This document shows, one piece after another, positions 9,945 through 17,586 of a stretch of DNA of 38,077 nt. Within the stretch, counting starts at the first letter, position 1, and the number at the start of each line of letters is the position of its first letter. The stretch covers positions 1-38,077 of the forward strand of contig JBGGMJ010000152.1 of the NCBI GenBank assembly GCA_041288095.1. The letters run 5' to 3'. The notes below the pieces were generated by a model that was given only the letters and a program-made list of their open reading frames with translations, searched no databases and was not told the origin of the DNA. The stretch is from Myxococcota bacterium. GTDB taxonomy: Bacteria > Myxococcota > XYA12-FULL-58-9 > JALHOP01. A program made the position numbers and the translations under genes.

Positions 9945-11299
9945 ACCGCCACGTCGCGCACGACTAGCACCGGGCATTGGGCACCTTGGGTGACCTCGGT
10001 GGCCACCGACCCGGCGAAAGCTCGCTCGATCGGACTTCGTCCTCGCGATGCGAGGCAGATCGCGTCGGCGTTCCAGCGCGCCGCGGCCTGCAAGATGGCA
10101 TCGGTCACTGGACCGCCGTCGACGACAAAGCAGCGCGTCGTCACCGTCATGGGGTCGATCTGCGGCGGCACCAAGCGCTCGAGCTTCCCGATGAGATGCT
10201 GTTTCTGCGCGGGCGTCAGACGACCGGCATCGCCCGGCGGAGAGGTGCTCAAGACGTCGGCGGCCGCTCCCGCCACGTAGACGATGTCCACGGCTCCGGT
10301 GCCCTCGGCGAGCAGGTCGTAGGCGTAGCCGATGGCGCGGTTTCCCAGTTCGCTCAAGTCGGTCGCGACCAACACCTTGTGAATTTTCTTGGTCGCCGGC
10401 CGCGGCAGAGTGTCCGGACCGACACAGACGACCGGCACGTCGCTATGGCGGATGATGTCACGCGAGACCGACCCGTGCAGGAAGCGTGAAACACCACGCC
10501 GCCGGTGTGTGCCGACGACAATCACGTCGGCGCCGTCGACACGCGCCGAGCACAGCGCTTCCACCGAGATGGAGCCGAAGTGGGGCTCGCACCGTACCGA
10601 CAGCTCGCCTTCACCGCCCAGGCCCGCGAAACGTTGGCGTAGCTCGCGCTCCAGCGCCGCCGTGACCTGAGAGTTGGGCACGAAGGGCTCGACGCTGACG
10701 GGAATGCCGAAGCGGCGGTGCTCGATGTCGGGCATGTAGAAGTGGTGCACGAATATGTCGCAGGGCAGCCGCTCACGTAGTGTTTTTACCCAAGCGATGG
10801 GCGCGTCACTGGCGTGCGACCTGTCCATCGCCACCACGACACGTAGGCGCCGGTTGCCCGCCAAAGCGAACTGCATGCGATCGGTGACCGCGCGCACCAC
10901 GAGCACTGGGCACGCCATCGACTCGGCGAGCTTCTCATCGAGGCCACGTCCGACGGTGCCGTCGCTGCTTCCCGCTCCCACGACCACGAGACTCGCGTGC
11001 TGGCCACGCGCGGCGGCACCCAGCGCGTCTTCCACGAAGCCGGTGACCACATCGATACCGATGGTCAGACCATCGGTGACGAGCTTGCCGCGGACGGACT
11101 CGAGCAGCCGTTGTGCGGCGTGCAGCCTCTCTACCTCGACGTTGGCCCCTCCACTCCCCACGTCGAGCGGGAAGTTCGTCGAGGGTTCGAGCACGTGGAC
11201 GAGCGTGAGACGGCCGCCCATGGCGCGCGCCAAGTCAGCGGCGACGCGACTGGCCTGAAATGCTTCGGGAGAGAAATCCGTGGCGGCAAGGATGTTCAT
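9941..11299 (-). CDS. Multi-domain (3x) universal stress protein, paralog of 4537-5856
   Basis: MNILAATDFS, VVVAMDRS, LVATDLSELGNRAIGYAY (vs LVATDLSDFGNRAIAYAY in the paralog), GSVATEV...CPVLVVR. SD GAGGAG before ATG 11299. Confidence 0.88.
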   Translation of the reverse strand: MNILAATDFSPEAFQASRVAADLARAMGGRLTLVHVLEPSTNFPLDVGSGGANVEVERLHAAQRLLESVRGKLVTDGLTIGIDVVTGFVEDALGAAARGQHASLVVVGAGSSDGTVGRGLDEKLAESMACPVLVVRAVTDRMQFALAGNRRLRVVVAMDRSHASDAPIAWVKTLRERLPCDIFVHHFYMPDIEHRRFGIPVSVEPFVPNSQVTAALERELRQRFAGLGGEGELSVRCEPHFGSISVEALCSARVDGADVIVVGTHRRRGVSRFLHGSVSRDIIRHSDVPVVCVGPDTLPRPATKKIHKVLVATDLSELGNRAIGYAYDLLAEGTGAVDIVYVAGAAADVLSTSPPGDAGRLTPAQKQHLIGKLERLVPPQIDPMTVTTRCFVVDGGPVTDAILQAAARWNADAICLASRGRSPIERAFAGSVATEVTQGAQCPVLVVRDVAV

Positions 11300-11323
11300 G
11301 GCAGCGCTCCTCACCCTGTGAAG

Positions 11324-11340
11324 AGCATCAATCGCGCCAA
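11324..11340 (-). promoter_or_regulatory. Sigma54 -24/-12 promoter
   Basis: Minus strand TTGGCGCGATTGATGCT: GG at 11338-37, N10, GC at 11326-25, directly upstream of the SD and ATG 11299. Confidence 0.72.
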
Positions 11341-11392
11341 CGCCCATTTCGCGGGCAATTGCCGCGCGCGGCCACGCGGCGGTGCGGCTCCG

Positions 11393-11437
11393 ACGCAAAG
11401 GTTACGCGTTTCCCCCCAGGTGGCGAAAACTTTGCGC
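11393..11437. promoter_or_regulatory. Tandem enhancer (UAS) pair
   Basis: Minus strand GCGCA-AAGTT-TTCGC (11437-11423) and GCGTA-ACCTT-TGCGT (11407-11393), 30 bp apart. Confidence 0.62.
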
Positions 11438-11441
11438 GGCC

Positions 11442-11897
11442 CTAGACGGCGGCCCTGCCAAGGTCGCGAATCGTCAGCACCGGGCACTCGGATGTGCGGA
11501 CCACCTTCTCGGCGATCGAGCCCATGAGCGCGTGGGTAATGCCGGTTCGACCATGCGTGCCCATGACGATGAGGTCGCAGCCCTTGTCCTTGGCGTAGCG
11601 AACGATCTCGCTCGCCGGCACACCTTCGACGAGCTCGGCGTCGACACGGAGCACTCCCGCTCGCTCGGCGTCCGCTTTTTCGGAGCGCACCATCTTCTCG
11701 AGGTCGTCGAGGATGTCGGTGAGCTGGACGGAGCTCTGCATGACGAAGCCTTCCGGCAGCAGGTACGCCACCGACTGGAAGACATGGATCAAGCAGAGGC
11801 TCGCGTCGTAACGCTTAGCGACATCGACCGCCATGCGCACGGCCTCCTTCGCGTTCGGCGAGAAGTCCGTCGGCACCAAGATTTTGGTGAAGGCCAT
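11442..11897 (-). CDS. Single-domain universal stress protein (UspA family, ATP-binding type)
   Basis: MAFTKILVPTDFS...MGTHGRTGITHALMGSIAEKVVR carries an intact G-2x-G-9x-GS motif. Confidence 0.93.
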   Translation of the reverse strand: MAFTKILVPTDFSPNAKEAVRMAVDVAKRYDASLCLIHVFQSVAYLLPEGFVMQSSVQLTDILDDLEKMVRSEKADAERAGVLRVDAELVEGVPASEIVRYAKDKGCDLIVMGTHGRTGITHALMGSIAEKVVRTSECPVLTIRDLGRAAV

Positions 11898-11913
11898 GTC
11901 TCTGCAAACCACA

Positions 11914-11930
11914 GGCGGCGCGTCGCCGCC
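11914..11930 (-). terminator. Possible hairpin/weak terminator between orphan gene and usp
   Basis: GGCGGCG-N3-CGCCGCC 7-bp stem followed on the minus strand by TGTGGTTT. Confidence 0.3.
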
Positions 11931-11938
11931 AGTGCTGC

Positions 11939-12370
11939 TCAGCTCACCTGCATGAGCACCTTGCTGAGCTCGATGGCTTCCTTGGAGGCCATCCTCGCGA
12001 TCGGGCGGGGGTCGAAGATGCTCACCGGCGCGTCGTCGACGATGGCGAGGCCGAGTGTCCGCTCTTGCGTACCATTGCTGACTTGCGCGAGGACCACGCA
12101 GTCCGGTTCCACACCGGCAAGCTCGACGAGATCGATGACCAACGAGACCACCGGCGGCAGCTCGTCGATGCCGGTGCACTGCCAGCGCCCTTTGGAAAAC
12201 CGCGCCAATTGCTCACGTGTCGCCTCTTCACCGAATAATTTGCCGCCTCGCTCGATGAACGCCTCGATGACTGCTTGGTCACCTTCGGCGAAACACTCGA
12301 GCATCAAGCGCGCGGCCTTGAGCGCCGGCTCACGCCGGAGTCGCTCCGCTCTCAAATCGAGCGTATTCAT
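11939..12370 (-). CDS. Hypothetical protein (143 aa)
   Basis: SD GGAGGTG before ATG, ATGA coupling with the upstream ORF, globular-looking composition. No family recognised. Confidence 0.65.
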   Translation of the reverse strand: MNTLDLRAERLRREPALKAARLMLECFAEGDQAVIEAFIERGGKLFGEEATREQLARFSKGRWQCTGIDELPPVVSLVIDLVELAGVEPDCVVLAQVSNGTQERTLGLAIVDDAPVSIFDPRPIARMASKEAIELSKVLMQVS

Positions 12371-12651
12371 GACCCACCTCCGCCGCCCTTCCCAAAAACA
12401 TCCCGCGGGTCTTCGGCTCGAATGCGTGACGATGCATGGGCGAGCGCCAGGAGCTGGGGGTCAACCGCGAGCCGCTCCTCCGCCAAAGCGGACTGAGCCA
12501 GCGAAATCGGCTTGAGCCCATGTCGGTCGAGCTCGTCGGTCTCGCGTGGGACGCCGCCGACCTTGCCCTCACCAACATGGGCGAGCTTGTCCGTCAGCTC
12601 CCTGTAGGCGACGTCGAAAGTAGGCGGACGTTGTTTAACACTCGAAGACAT
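12367..12651 (-). CDS. Hypothetical protein (94 aa)
   Basis: Fills the gap and its stop overlaps the next start (ATGA). No family recognised. Confidence 0.5.
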   Translation of the reverse strand: MSSSVKQRPPTFDVAYRELTDKLAHVGEGKVGGVPRETDELDRHGLKPISLAQSALAEERLAVDPQLLALAHASSRIRAEDPRDVFGKGGGGGS

Positions 12652-12660
12652 ACACGTCTC

Positions 12661-12682
12661 ACATCATCAAACATCTTGATGT
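12661..12682. promoter_or_regulatory. Operator-like nested inverted repeat
   Basis: ACATCA-N10-TGATGT (12661-12682) enclosing CATCAA-N5-TTGATG (12665-12681), in an AT-richer patch ~10 nt upstream of the 94-aa ORF. Confidence 0.45.
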
Positions 12683-12686
12683 GGCT

Positions 12687-12714
12687 GTATCGGCAGGCTG
12701 GAAGGGGAAGTTGC
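12687..12714 (-). promoter_or_regulatory. Sigma28-like promoter candidate
   Basis: GCAAC-N15-GCCGATAC on the minus strand. GCCGATAA is the canonical FliA -10. Confidence 0.4.
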
Positions 12715-12755
12715 GAAAAGCTGAAAATCGCTGGTTGGGACGAGGTTTGCGCGTC

Positions 12756-13247
12756 CTAGTGGCGGCGCGTTTTTCGGCCGCGCGCGGCGTTCGCCTCGTG
12801 TTCCGCGTTCTTCTTGATCTCGTCTTTCAAGCGTCGCTCCAGGTCCGCTCGAGCACGCAATTCATCCTCGAGCTCCACCGCCTTCTGCGCCAGCGATGCG
12901 GTGAGCCTGACCCTCGCCGCGTCGAGGTTGGCGTTTTCACCGGCGAGATCTTCTTCGTGGGTGTGCGCCGCCTTCAGCTCGGCGGCAAGCTTCTGCCCCT
13001 CGACGCGCAACGCTTGCAGCTCGTCGTACATCGGTAAGGCCACGAGCAGCACGGTCGCGGTACATGCGGTGATGAGCAGGCTGAAGAGGATCCAACCGAC
13101 GATGCCGCCGCTCGACGTTTCGGCCCGGAGCTGCGCGGGCGTGACCTCGACATCACTGTCGTCGTCGACAATCTCGAAATCCTCATCGACCATGATCGGC
13201 TCGTCGCCGGGATCGGTCATCTCGGAGAAGCGCTGAGGACTCGCCAT
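12756..13247 (-). CDS. Hypothetical single-pass membrane protein with coiled coil
   Basis: Acidic N-terminus, one TM segment (IVGWILFSLLITACTATVLLVAL), heptad-rich C-terminus. TACCCT lies 7 nt before ATG 13247. Confidence 0.7.
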   Translation of the reverse strand: MASPQRFSEMTDPGDEPIMVDEDFEIVDDDSDVEVTPAQLRAETSSGGIVGWILFSLLITACTATVLLVALPMYDELQALRVEGQKLAAELKAAHTHEEDLAGENANLDAARVRLTASLAQKAVELEDELRARADLERRLKDEIKKNAEHEANAARGRKTRRH

Positions 13248-13375
13248 CCCAGCAAGGGTAGCGCACACGCCCGCGGGCTTCCCGCTCCTCGAGGGAAAAA
13301 CCTCTCGGCCGCAGCCACTTGGGACCACACGATCTTACAGCGCAACTAATCGCGAGCAGGCCGGTTGAAGCACGC

Positions 13376-14458
13376 ATGCGGAGCTATTGGCGATTGCTCA
13401 CGATGGCCAGTTTCCTGGTCGGGGCGTGCGGCGAGGTGACGTCCGGTGACTTGGTGAACGTTCACGATGACGACGCGGCCGCCGACGGTGGCGGTGACAA
13501 TGGTGACATTGACGGTGACGCCGCCGGCGGAGACTCGGACGACGACAATCCGAGCGACGAGGAGCAGTTGCCCCCTGGGCCGACCGACGCCGAACGCACC
13601 GCCGCCGCCACCGCGACGGCACAAAGCACGACCAACGCCTGCGCCGACATCCACCCCTTCTACTGGGAAGTTGGCCGCTCGAGCGGAGCGACTGCGTCCG
13701 GTTCGGTCGGCGCCGGCTATGACGCGAACACCGAGCTCACCATCGCCTCGGCCTCGAAGTGGTTTTACGGCGCCTATGTGATCCAACGCCGTGCGGGGCT
13801 CCCCACCGAACAAGACATCCACTTCCTCACCTTCAAGAGCGGTTACACGGGCTTCGGGGTGGGTGCCTGCCCCGCGGCCGGGACCATTGATGGCTGCCTC
13901 GCAGTGGGATCGAATGGTGACTACATCGCCGAAGAAGACGGATTTTTCCGCTATGGCGGTGGCCACATGCAGAAGCACGCGAGTCTCATCGGCCTCGGAG
14001 CCATGAAAAACGCCGAGCTCGCGGCCGAGGTACGCGGGCAGCTTGGCTCCGACGTGCCGCTCTCCTACAACAATCCGCAGCCGGCCGGGGGAGGCTCCAT
14101 CACCCCGGCGGGTTACGCCGTCTTCCTGCGCAAGCTCGTCGGTGGCGAGCTTCATCTGGCTGCGCTCCTCGGAAGCCACGCCGTCTGCACCAACCCGCTA
14201 ACCTGCGACGAAGCCTTGGGTGCGCCGGTGCCCGGCGACGAGAGCTGGCATTACTCGCTGGGGCATTGGGTAGAAGACGACCCGGTGGTCGGCGACGGCG
14301 CCTTCAGCAGCCCGGGCGCATTCGGTTTGTACCCGTGGGTGGATGCCGGCAAGACGACCTACGGCATCATCGCCCGCCAGGCGCTTGGCGGCGCGATCAG
14401 CTCGGCCGACTGCGGACGTCTGGTCCGCAAGGCCTGGCTGACCGCGCTCCCGCAATAG
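13376..14458 (+). CDS. Lipoprotein, beta-lactamase/serine hydrolase fold
   Basis: Lipobox LVGA-C, Asp/Gly-rich linker, IASASKW (SxxK), FRYGG, FSSPGAFGLYPWVD. Confidence 0.7.
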   Translation: MRSYWRLLTMASFLVGACGEVTSGDLVNVHDDDAAADGGGDNGDIDGDAAGGDSDDDNPSDEEQLPPGPTDAERTAAATATAQSTTNACADIHPFYWEVGRSSGATASGSVGAGYDANTELTIASASKWFYGAYVIQRRAGLPTEQDIHFLTFKSGYTGFGVGACPAAGTIDGCLAVGSNGDYIAEEDGFFRYGGGHMQKHASLIGLGAMKNAELAAEVRGQLGSDVPLSYNNPQPAGGGSITPAGYAVFLRKLVGGELHLAALLGSHAVCTNPLTCDEALGAPVPGDESWHYSLGHWVEDDPVVGDGAFSSPGAFGLYPWVDAGKTTYGIIARQALGGAISSADCGRLVRKAWLTALPQ

Positions 14459-14470
14459 CGGACGCGCGAG

Positions 14471-16600
14471 CTACTTCCGCGCTTCGGCCGCGAGCTTCTC
14501 TTTGTGCTTCTTGATCATTTCTTCCTGCTCGAGACGCGGCAGGGGCTGATACTTCGCGAACTCCATCGTGAAGTTACCCTTGCCTTGCGTACCGGAACGC
14601 AGGTCGGTCGAGTAGCCGAACATCGAGTTCAGCGGCACCTCGGCGACGACCGTGAAGTCACCGTCTTGCGTCGACGTCTCGAGAATGACACCGCGCTTCT
14701 GGTTGACCTGGCCGACGACCGCGCCCTGGAACTCCGAGGGTGCGACGACTTCGACCTTCATGATCGGCTCGAGGATGACCGGCTTCGCGCGCTCGTAACC
14801 TTCGCGGAAGCCCATGAGAGCCGCCGTCTTGAAGGCGTTTTCCGACGAGTCGACCGCGTGGGACAGACCGTCGTTGATGGTGCAGCGCACGCCGACCACG
14901 GGGAAGCCGATGAGCGAGCCCTTCTTGATCGCTTCCTTGAAACCCTTGTCGCACGAGTTGATGAACTCGCGTGGGATCGCGCCACCGACAACGTCGTCGA
15001 CGAACTCGTAGGCCTCGACCGCGCCCTCGGGCAACGGCTCGACGTAACCGCAGACGCGGGCGAACTGACCCGAGCCACCGGTTTGCTTCTTGTGCGTGTA
15101 CGCGAACTCACCACGCTGGGTGACCGCTTCGCGATAAGCGACCTGCGGCTTGCCGCCGATGACTTCGCAATTGTACTCGCGCTTCATGCGCTCCATGTAG
15201 ATGTCCAAGTGGAGCTCGCCCATGCCGCTGATGATGGTCTCTTGCGACTCTTCATCCTGGTGGACGCGGAAGGTCGGATCTTCCTTGGTGAAGCGATTCA
15301 GCGCCTTGGAGAAGTTGCCTTCGCCGGCGCGATCCTTCGGCCGCACCGCGAGCGAGATGACCGCCGCGGGGACGTGCATCGACACCAGGGTGACGTTGAT
15401 CTTGCCGTCGGTGAACGTTTCACCGGACGACGACTCGACGCCGTAGAAGGCGACGATGTCACCAGGCGTCGCCTGCTGAATCTCTTCGCGCTCTTCCGAG
15501 TGCATGCGGAACATGCGCGGCAGGCGAATCTTACGCATCTGGTTCGAGGTGTTGATGATGGTGTCGCCGCTCTTCACGGTACCTTGGTAGATACGGAAGT
15601 AGGTCAGCTGGCCGTACTTGTCCTGCGTGAGCTTGAACGCGAGGCCGACCATGGGCTTGGCCGGATCGGACTCGAGGATGATCTGCTCTTCGCCCTTCGA
15701 CTGGTCGAAGGCGACGTTCACGACTTCCTTGGGATTCGGCAGGTACATGCAGACGCCGTCGAGCAAGAGCTGCACGCCCTTGTTACGAACCGCGGAACCG
15801 CACATGACCGGCGTCATCTTGAGGGCGAGCGTGGCTCTACGGATCGCGGCGCGGAGCTCTTCGTCAGCGACAGCCTCACCGGTGAGGAACTTCTCGGCGA
15901 GCTGGTCGTCGACCTCGGCAACGCCTTCGATGATCTCCTGGCGGCGGGCCTCGGCGACCTCTTTGTATTCGGCCGGGATCTCTTCGACGCGGATGTTCTC
16001 GCCGTTGTCGCCGTCGAAGTAATAGGCCTTCTGAATCACCGCATCGATGATGCCGGCGAACTTGTCTTCCTGGCCGATCGGCACCTGGAGCTTCACCGGG
16101 TGATGGCCCAGCTTCTCCTTGAGCATCGCGGCAACGCGGTCGTAGTTCGCGCCCGGGTTGTCCATCTTGTTGACGTAGGCGATGCGCGGGACCTTGTAGC
16201 GCTTCATCTGGCGGTCGACCGTGATCGACTGCGACTGAACGCCCTTACCCGAGTCGAGCACCAAGATGGCGCCGTCGAGCACGCGCAGAGCACGCTCGAC
16301 TTCGATGGTGAAGTCGACGTGTCCGGGGGTGTCGATGATGTTGATGTTGTGCTCGCGGAGCTGGTCCTTCGAGCCCTTCCAGACGCAGTAGGTCGCCGCG
16401 GACTGGATGGTGATGCCCTTCTCGCGCTCGAGATCCATCGAGTCCATCTTGGCGCCGACACCGTCTTTGCCGCGGACTTCGTGAATGGCGTGAATACGAC
16501 CGGTGTAGAAGAGGATGCGCTCGGTGAGCGTCGTCTTGCCCGAGTCGATGTGAGCCGAGATACCGATATTACGGATGTATTCGATGGGGATGTTCGCCAT
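14471..16600 (-). CDS. fusA: Elongation factor G (spdEFG1 / mitochondrial EFG1-like)
   Basis: [64 protein letters not shown]. Confidence 0.97.
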   Translation of the reverse strand: MANIPIEYIRNIGISAHIDSGKTTLTERILFYTGRIHAIHEVRGKDGVGAKMDSMDLEREKGITIQSAATYCVWKGSKDQLREHNINIIDTPGHVDFTIEVERALRVLDGAILVLDSGKGVQSQSITVDRQMKRYKVPRIAYVNKMDNPGANYDRVAAMLKEKLGHHPVKLQVPIGQEDKFAGIIDAVIQKAYYFDGDNGENIRVEEIPAEYKEVAEARRQEIIEGVAEVDDQLAEKFLTGEAVADEELRAAIRRATLALKMTPVMCGSAVRNKGVQLLLDGVCMYLPNPKEVVNVAFDQSKGEEQIILESDPAKPMVGLAFKLTQDKYGQLTYFRIYQGTVKSGDTIINTSNQMRKIRLPRMFRMHSEEREEIQQATPGDIVAFYGVESSSGETFTDGKINVTLVSMHVPAAVISLAVRPKDRAGEGNFSKALNRFTKEDPTFRVHQDEESQETIISGMGELHLDIYMERMKREYNCEVIGGKPQVAYREAVTQRGEFAYTHKKQTGGSGQFARVCGYVEPLPEGAVEAYEFVDDVVGGAIPREFINSCDKGFKEAIKKGSLIGFPVVGVRCTINDGLSHAVDSSENAFKTAALMGFREGYERAKPVILEPIMKVEVVAPSEFQGAVVGQVNQKRGVILETSTQDGDFTVVAEVPLNSMFGYSTDLRSGTQGKGNFTMEFAKYQPLPRLEQEEMIKKHKEKLAAEARK

Positions 16601-16723
16601 GGGACGCGCCCGATACACGAATCCGAGGACTTTGAATAGCCCTTTGACCCGAGCGCGTGAAAAACGCCGCCCCAGCCCAGTTTTGGGCAAAGTGGGTACG
16701 GGTTTCCGATGGTTTCCCCGGGA

Positions 16724-16882
16724 TTACCAGCGACTTTTGCCGACAATTACTCTCGGCTCTTCGTGACGCGAAGTCGTGTCGACCGGAGAGCGCTGGTAGA
16801 CCTGCCAGCGGCCGCATTTCGGGCAGAGCTTGGTCTGGTCACTGATTTTGCACCGGCAGTCGTAGCAATCGATAAGGTACAT
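16724..16882 (-). CDS. Small zinc-ribbon protein (52 aa)
   Basis: MYLIDCYDCRCKISDQTKLCPKCG fits the CxxC-x3-ISD-x4-CPxCG zinc-ribbon pattern. SD GAGGA lies 6 nt before ATG 16882. Confidence 0.6.
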   Translation of the reverse strand: MYLIDCYDCRCKISDQTKLCPKCGRWQVYQRSPVDTTSRHEEPRVIVGKSRW

Positions 16883-16957
16883 CGTCGTCCTCGTTTCGAA
16901 GGCATCATCAGGGCTGCGGATCGAACGGTCAAAAATTCGGTGCGCGAGACGTAAGAC

Positions 16958-17578
16958 ATGACCGACCCCAACGGACGTCCAATCACTCAAGGCCTCTACG
17001 GCGTGCGCGGCGCCGGCGCCACGACCGCGCAGCGCACCATCAACCGCTCGGAGATGCTGTTCATCGGCGACAGCCACACCTGGGGTTTCCAGATGGCGAT
17101 CGACAACAGCCGCGTGCCGCGCGGAGCCCCGCCGCAGCTCGGCGAGCCCGGGACCCATGTCGATCAATGGGCCCGCGGCTCGATGGCAAGCCGCCTCGCG
17201 CAAGGGCTTGCCGGTCGGCCACGCGAAGTATTCATTTCCCTCGGCACCAATGACGGCATCCATGGGCGCCACCGTGATCCGGATCAGCTACGCGCCGACA
17301 TCCGCAGGCTGGTCGGCACCATCCGCGATAGCGGTACACCGCCGCCGAACATCACCTGGATACAGGCGCCTCACGCGACGAGCGACGAAGCCGGCATCAG
17401 CGCGACGCGTGCCATCATCCGCTCGGAGCTCGCCCAGCTCGGTGTCGGCATCATCGACCCGTCCCGCCGCGAGCTCGGAGGCGAGCTGCGGCGCAACGCG
17501 CATCACCCGAGTCACCCCGCCGGGTACAAAGCCCTCATCGACGAGTTCTTCAGGCCGCGCTTCGACGTCGCGCGCTGA
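16958..17578 (+). CDS. SGNH/GDSL-family hydrolase
   Basis: Block I LFIGDSHT, block III ISLGTND, C-terminal NAHHPSHPAGY in place of DxxHP...GY. No signal peptide. Confidence 0.75.
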   Translation: MTDPNGRPITQGLYGVRGAGATTAQRTINRSEMLFIGDSHTWGFQMAIDNSRVPRGAPPQLGEPGTHVDQWARGSMASRLAQGLAGRPREVFISLGTNDGIHGRHRDPDQLRADIRRLVGTIRDSGTPPPNITWIQAPHATSDEAGISATRAIIRSELAQLGVGIIDPSRRELGGELRRNAHHPSHPAGYKALIDEFFRPRFDVAR

Positions 17579-17586
17579 GCGCCGCG

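Noticed and set aside
12433..12450. Sigma54-like CTGGCGC...TGCA on the minus strand
   Set aside because: Spacing is GG-N11-GC, not N10, and it lies inside an ORF.
12665..12681. FNR box
   Set aside because: Half-sites are in the wrong order and spacing (ATCAA-N5-TTGAT rather than TTGAT-N4-ATCAA).
13340..13367. GCGCA half-site and GCAAC-N13-GCCGGTTG upstream of the serine-hydrolase lipoprotein
   Set aside because: Both match their motifs poorly, with no partner site and no sigma54 element.
14504..16639. 711-aa plus-strand ORF opposite fusA, and similar long antisense ORFs (8060-9274, 18985-20799, 26619-27938, 32379-33650)
   Set aside because: Shadow frames expected from high GC3 codon bias; no recognisable motifs, and they overlap well-supported genes on the opposite strand.
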